A stretch of 63,498 nucleotides of DNA, filler included, from Folioceros fuciformis (Eukaryota): assembly GCA_049999805.1 (NCBI GenBank). It is 16 parts of 16 records of this genome, joined end to end, with 100 filler letters (N's around TTAATTAATTAA, not from the genome) between each part and the next. Parts side by side here need not be neighbours in the genome. Positions count along the whole stretch, not along the records: positions 59,413 to 63,498 come from JBNGIO010002323.1; 15 more parts are not named here. One strand, written 5' to 3'. The notes under the pieces were generated by a model. It did no database searches, was not told the origin of the DNA, and saw nothing but the letters and a program-made list of their open reading frames with translations. This document shows, piece by piece, positions 59,413 to 63,498 of this stretch. The position numbers were made by a program, and so were the translations under genes. The stretch's first letter is position 1; the number at the start of each line of letters is the position of its first letter.

Positions 59413-62400
59413 GCCAAGGGCGCCCCTTGATGCGGGCGCCGGCCCGACAGCGCCAGAAGCGGACGCCTAGGGCGCGAATCGCCGACGGGCGCACAGGCGC
59501 GGAATGCCTGATAGCATCGGGCTCGCGGGCAACGCAGACAAAGCCAGCAGGCCAGCGGGCGTCGTGGACGCCGGGGCGCTGGAGGATGAGCGCTATGGGT
59601 GACGAGAACGACGTGAGCGCGAGCTAGCTGGGATCTCGGCCACGAAGCGGCGAGATCTCAAATCAGAGGATTCAAGCCCGTCGAGTCGGCTTGTGGACAG
59701 CCGATTCAAAACGAGAGTGAGGATAACTTTTTACATTTCGACTGTTTTCTAACTAGCCTTTTGCTTGATTTAAATCGATTTTGAAACATTGTGTCCTCAG
59801 AAAACGTCATGTTCAATATTGAGAAGTTAGATGGTACTAACTTCTCGTTCTAGAAAGAGCAAGTGTAGAATGTTCTAGTACAGAAGAAGCAGATCAAGCT
59901 CCTCAAGCTGCTAGGAGTGAAACCTGTTAGCATGACTCAAGATGATTGGCAGGATCTAGATGAGCTTGCTAGGTCTACCATCATGCTAATATTATCGAAG
60001 TCAGTCTACTTCAACGTGAAAAACAAGACCACAAGTTACAAGCTATGGCAGAAGTTGTGTGACCTGTACAAGAAGCAGAGTGCGGCTTCTCAGGTATATT
60101 GGTTGAAACAGCTTGTGGACTTGAAGATGAAGGAAGGGACGAGAATGTCCAATCATTTGAATGAGTTCAATACCATTTTGAGCCAGCTCTCATCTCAAGG
60201 TATCTCGTTCCCAGATTCCGTGAGAGCTATGTTTCTATTGGTCACATTACCAGAGAGCTGGGACACCTTTCGTACAGCTCTGAGTAATTCCGCTCTTGCC
60301 AGTGGTCTTACAGTTATAAATGTAGAAGGTGGCCTATTAGTCATAAGAAGGGTCACATCAGAAGGGACTGCGAGAAGTTGAAGAAGGACAAAGGCAAGGA
60401 GAAGCAGCAAAGCGACAACAAGGCAAATCCGAGTGTCAAGCATGACGAGGTGAACTCTGTTGATGATGGAGATGTTCTTACCTCTTCTTCCTTCGATTCT
60501 GCACAACTGACAGCCGTGGAGAGTCACTTTTTCTCTAATTGGATAATTGACTCTAGAGCATCTTTCCATGTTACTCCTCATTGGGAGTGGTTTAGCACTT
60601 ATGATGCTACTAGGAAAGGATGTGTTCGGCTTGGAAATAACTATGCATGCGAGATTGCAGGAGTTGGTGATGTGCAGCTGAAGTTCGACAACGGATCTTC
60701 ATTCATACTGAAGGATGTTAGGCATGTTCCGAAGTTGACCAAAAGCATGATAAGTGCACGGCAATTGGACTACGTTAGCTACCACTGTTGGTTTGGAGAT
60801 CGTTCTTGGAACATCTCCAAAGGTTTTCTTATGTTAGCTCATAGATCGAAGTGTCGCACTTTGTACTCACTTCAAGTAACCACTGTCAAGGATCATGTGA
60901 TTTGTGTAATAGAACAACCAAGTGTTTCCTTATGGCATAGTCGGTTAGGACATATGTCTCAAAAAGGAATGAAGATCTTATCTCGTTTTGGTTACGTCCC
61001 TGCTTTTGACCTCTCCGATTTCTCCATGTGTGAGCACTGTTTGTATGGGAAACAGGCGAAGTCACCACATGGAGCAAGAGGTAAACACAAAAAGTAAACC
61101 TTTTGAGTTGGTTCACAATGACGTTCGTGGCCCTATGCCCACTATATCGTTAGGCGGTGCATCCTATTTTATCACTTTCATAGATGATTTCTCATGCAAG
61201 GTGTGGGTTTATCCTTTGAAGAAAAAATATGATGTTCGGACAATGTTTCAGAAATTTGTCACCCTTGTGGAGAATCAGTCTGGCCTCCGACTGAAGTGTC
61301 TAAGGAGAGACAATGGGGGAGAATATGTTTCGAAGGCTTTCCAGTCATTCTGTGATTCCAAGGGAATCAAGAGAATATTGACTGCCCTGTATACTCCTCC
61401 TCAGAATGGTGTAGCTAAACGGATGAACAAGACCATCCAGGAGAGGATGCGTAGTTTGTTGTCTAACTCTGGATTGCCTAACGGATTTTGGGCAGAAGCA
61501 GTGGTTACTGCATCGCATCTTATTAACAGATCTCCTAATAGGGCTGTGGATGAGCAGGTTCCAGAGGAGATGTGGTCTGGAAAGAAGCCGTCATACAAGT
61601 ATCTATGAGTGTTTGGGTGCGAGGCATACTACCATGTCCAAAAAGAGTTTCATGATAAGTTGGCACCCAAGTCCAAGAAATGTATTTTTCTTGGCTACGG
61701 TGAATCTGGTGAGATGGGATACCGTCTATGGGATCTAGAGGCCAAGAGGATGGTTCGCAGCAATGACGTGTTCTTCAACGAGACCAAGATGCACAAGAAG
61801 CCTACTCCAACTATGGAGGTGCGATGGGTGGTCTTCCAAGAAGATGGATTTGACCGTCCAGCAGCGCAGGTTGAACCTCGTGATGTGCAGGAACAAGTTC
61901 CTCCACTTGTAGAAGAGGAGAGAGTGCAACCAGCTCCGGTCGAGGCGCCAGTGCTTCGTAGGTCGGGAAGGATTTCACGTCCTCCTGACAGGTATGTTGC
62001 ATCTCTTGATTATGTCATGCTAACAGATTGTGGGGAGCCCTCGTGTTATCAAGAGGCCATGTCAATGACTGACAAGAACAAGTGGGAGAAGGCGATGCAA
62101 TCGCAGATGGGTTCGCTCCATAAGAACCAAACTTGGGAGTTGGTTTGGTTGCCTAGGAGCAAGAAAGCGTTGTCATGCAAATGGGTGTATAAGATGAAGG
62201 ACATACCCCATTATGGCAAACCCAAGTAGAAGGCGTGATTGGTTGCTAGGGGTTTTAAGCAACAACAAGGTATTGACTTTGATGAGATTTTCTCACCAGT
62301 TGTCAAAATGACCACCTTGCCATGTGTTCTTGGTCTGGTTGCAAGGAACGACATGGAACTTATCCAGATGGATGTGAAGACGGCATTTATGCATGGTGAT

Positions 62401-63066
62401 CTCCAGGAAGAGGTATACATGCAGCAACCAGAGGGCTTCATTGAGAAGGGCAAAGAGAATCTGGTGTGCAGGTTAAAGAAGAGCCTTTAGGGTTTGAAGC
62501 AGGCACCCAGGGAGTGGTATTTCAAGTTCCACTCATTTATGCTTTCTCAAGGCTACAAACATAGCGATGAGGATCATTGCCTCTATAGGAAGCAAGCTAA
62601 GGATGGAAGCTTGCTCATTTTGGTCCTTTATTAGATGATATGCTAATTGCTGGGACTAACAGTGATGAGATTTGAGTGTTGAAGTCAAAGTTGATTGGTC
62701 GCTTTGACATAATAGACTTGGAAGAGGCAAGCCATATTCTTGGCATGTGTATTCGTCGAGACAGACAGAAGCCTTTGCTTTACTTGTCTTAAACTGAATA
62801 CATTAACAAGGTGCTTCAATGTTTCAATATGGAGAAGGGGAAGGTATTGAGTACTCCGTTGCCTCCATATGTGAAACTTTCGAGCAAGGATTGCCCAAGC
62901 TCTACAGAGGACAAAGCTGAAATGGAGAAGGTTCCATACTCATCAGGTGTAGGGAGTTTGATGTATGTAATGATTGCTACACGTCTTGACATTGCTTTTG
63001 CAGTGGGAGTGGTTAGTAGGTTTATGTCAAACCTTGGCAGGAAGCATTGGGAGGCAGTGAAAGGAG
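59413..63066 (+). mobile_element. Ty1/Copia (Tnt1/Tork-like) GC-rich leader, gag, PR, IN and RT; degenerate, truncated before RNase H
   Basis: Colinear with 13243-14836 and 6131-8410; many stops; internal gag deletion at about 60340. Confidence 0.95.
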
Positions 63067-63341
63067 CTACATGGTGAAGGAGAGGAGAGGAGGAGGCAAG
63101 GAGGAGAGGAGAAAAAGAGGTCACACTCTCACAATAGAGTCTCAATAGCAAGGGAGCTCAAGGGGGTACTTATACCCTCTAGAAGAGCTCCCTAGGAAGC
63201 TTCACAAGAAGCGCACAGGAAGCTGCACAAGAAGCTTCCTACATATTAACTTAAGCTATTCTAAACTAATGATACTTAACTAGACACTAATCTTAGACTA
63301 AACACATTAGTCTAAGCACATTGGGCTTTAATAACCCTACA
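63063..63341 (-). mobile_element. Inverted LTR lacking about 15 nt of its PBS-proximal end, fused to Copia RT
   Basis: Matches 6054-6128 and ends CCCTACA, giving a TGTAGG...CCTACA terminal inverted repeat with 6039. Confidence 0.75.
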
Positions 63342-63498
63342 GGAGGGATGGAGGACCCTCTGGTACCCCAGGAGAGCAGGGGGCAGGCAGCCTGAGGTAG
63401 CCCAAGGGAGGAAGGGGTAAGCACCTCCTTTATGACAGAGGGTCGGGTTGTGCTACAGTATGAGGAGGAGGCCTCTTATGTGTTAGGCCTCTATGTGG

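Noticed and set aside
1..63498. Gene-neighbourhood or operon-like system across the window
   Set aside because: The contigs are concatenated and their order carries no linkage information. No prokaryotic features were seen.

Overview
This window is not one locus. It is 16 short contigs of a plant nuclear genome, most likely a seed-free plant judging by the retroelement families, joined by 15 artificial 100-nt linkers (44 N + TTAATTAATTAA + 44 N), so neighbourhood across linkers has no meaning. Most of the sequence is decayed, nested retroelements: many Ty1/Copia fragments with short LTRs, Met-tRNA PBS and PPT; one Ty3/Gypsy gag-pol that lacks integrase but has an accessory ORF; two long Gypsy-type LTR families; and two divergent LINE-ORF1-like genes (DUF4283-like plus zinc knuckle) that share an extra unrecognised ~200-aa domain. 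Host-type genes are a spliced TORNADO1-like Roco COR-domain fragment and a secreted-type Cys-rich protein with at least 9 STIG1-like repeats. Manual translation also reveals fossils absent from the ORF track: a CRE-type restriction-like-endonuclease non-LTR fragment, a GH9 endoglucanase pseudogene and a possible subtilase N-terminus. The most notable structural signals are a stem-loop enclosing the PPT in four Copia 3' junctions with different arm sequences, and two separate inverted LTR-to-pol fusions in one Copia family. All protein assignments come from motif recognition by eye; no searches were run.
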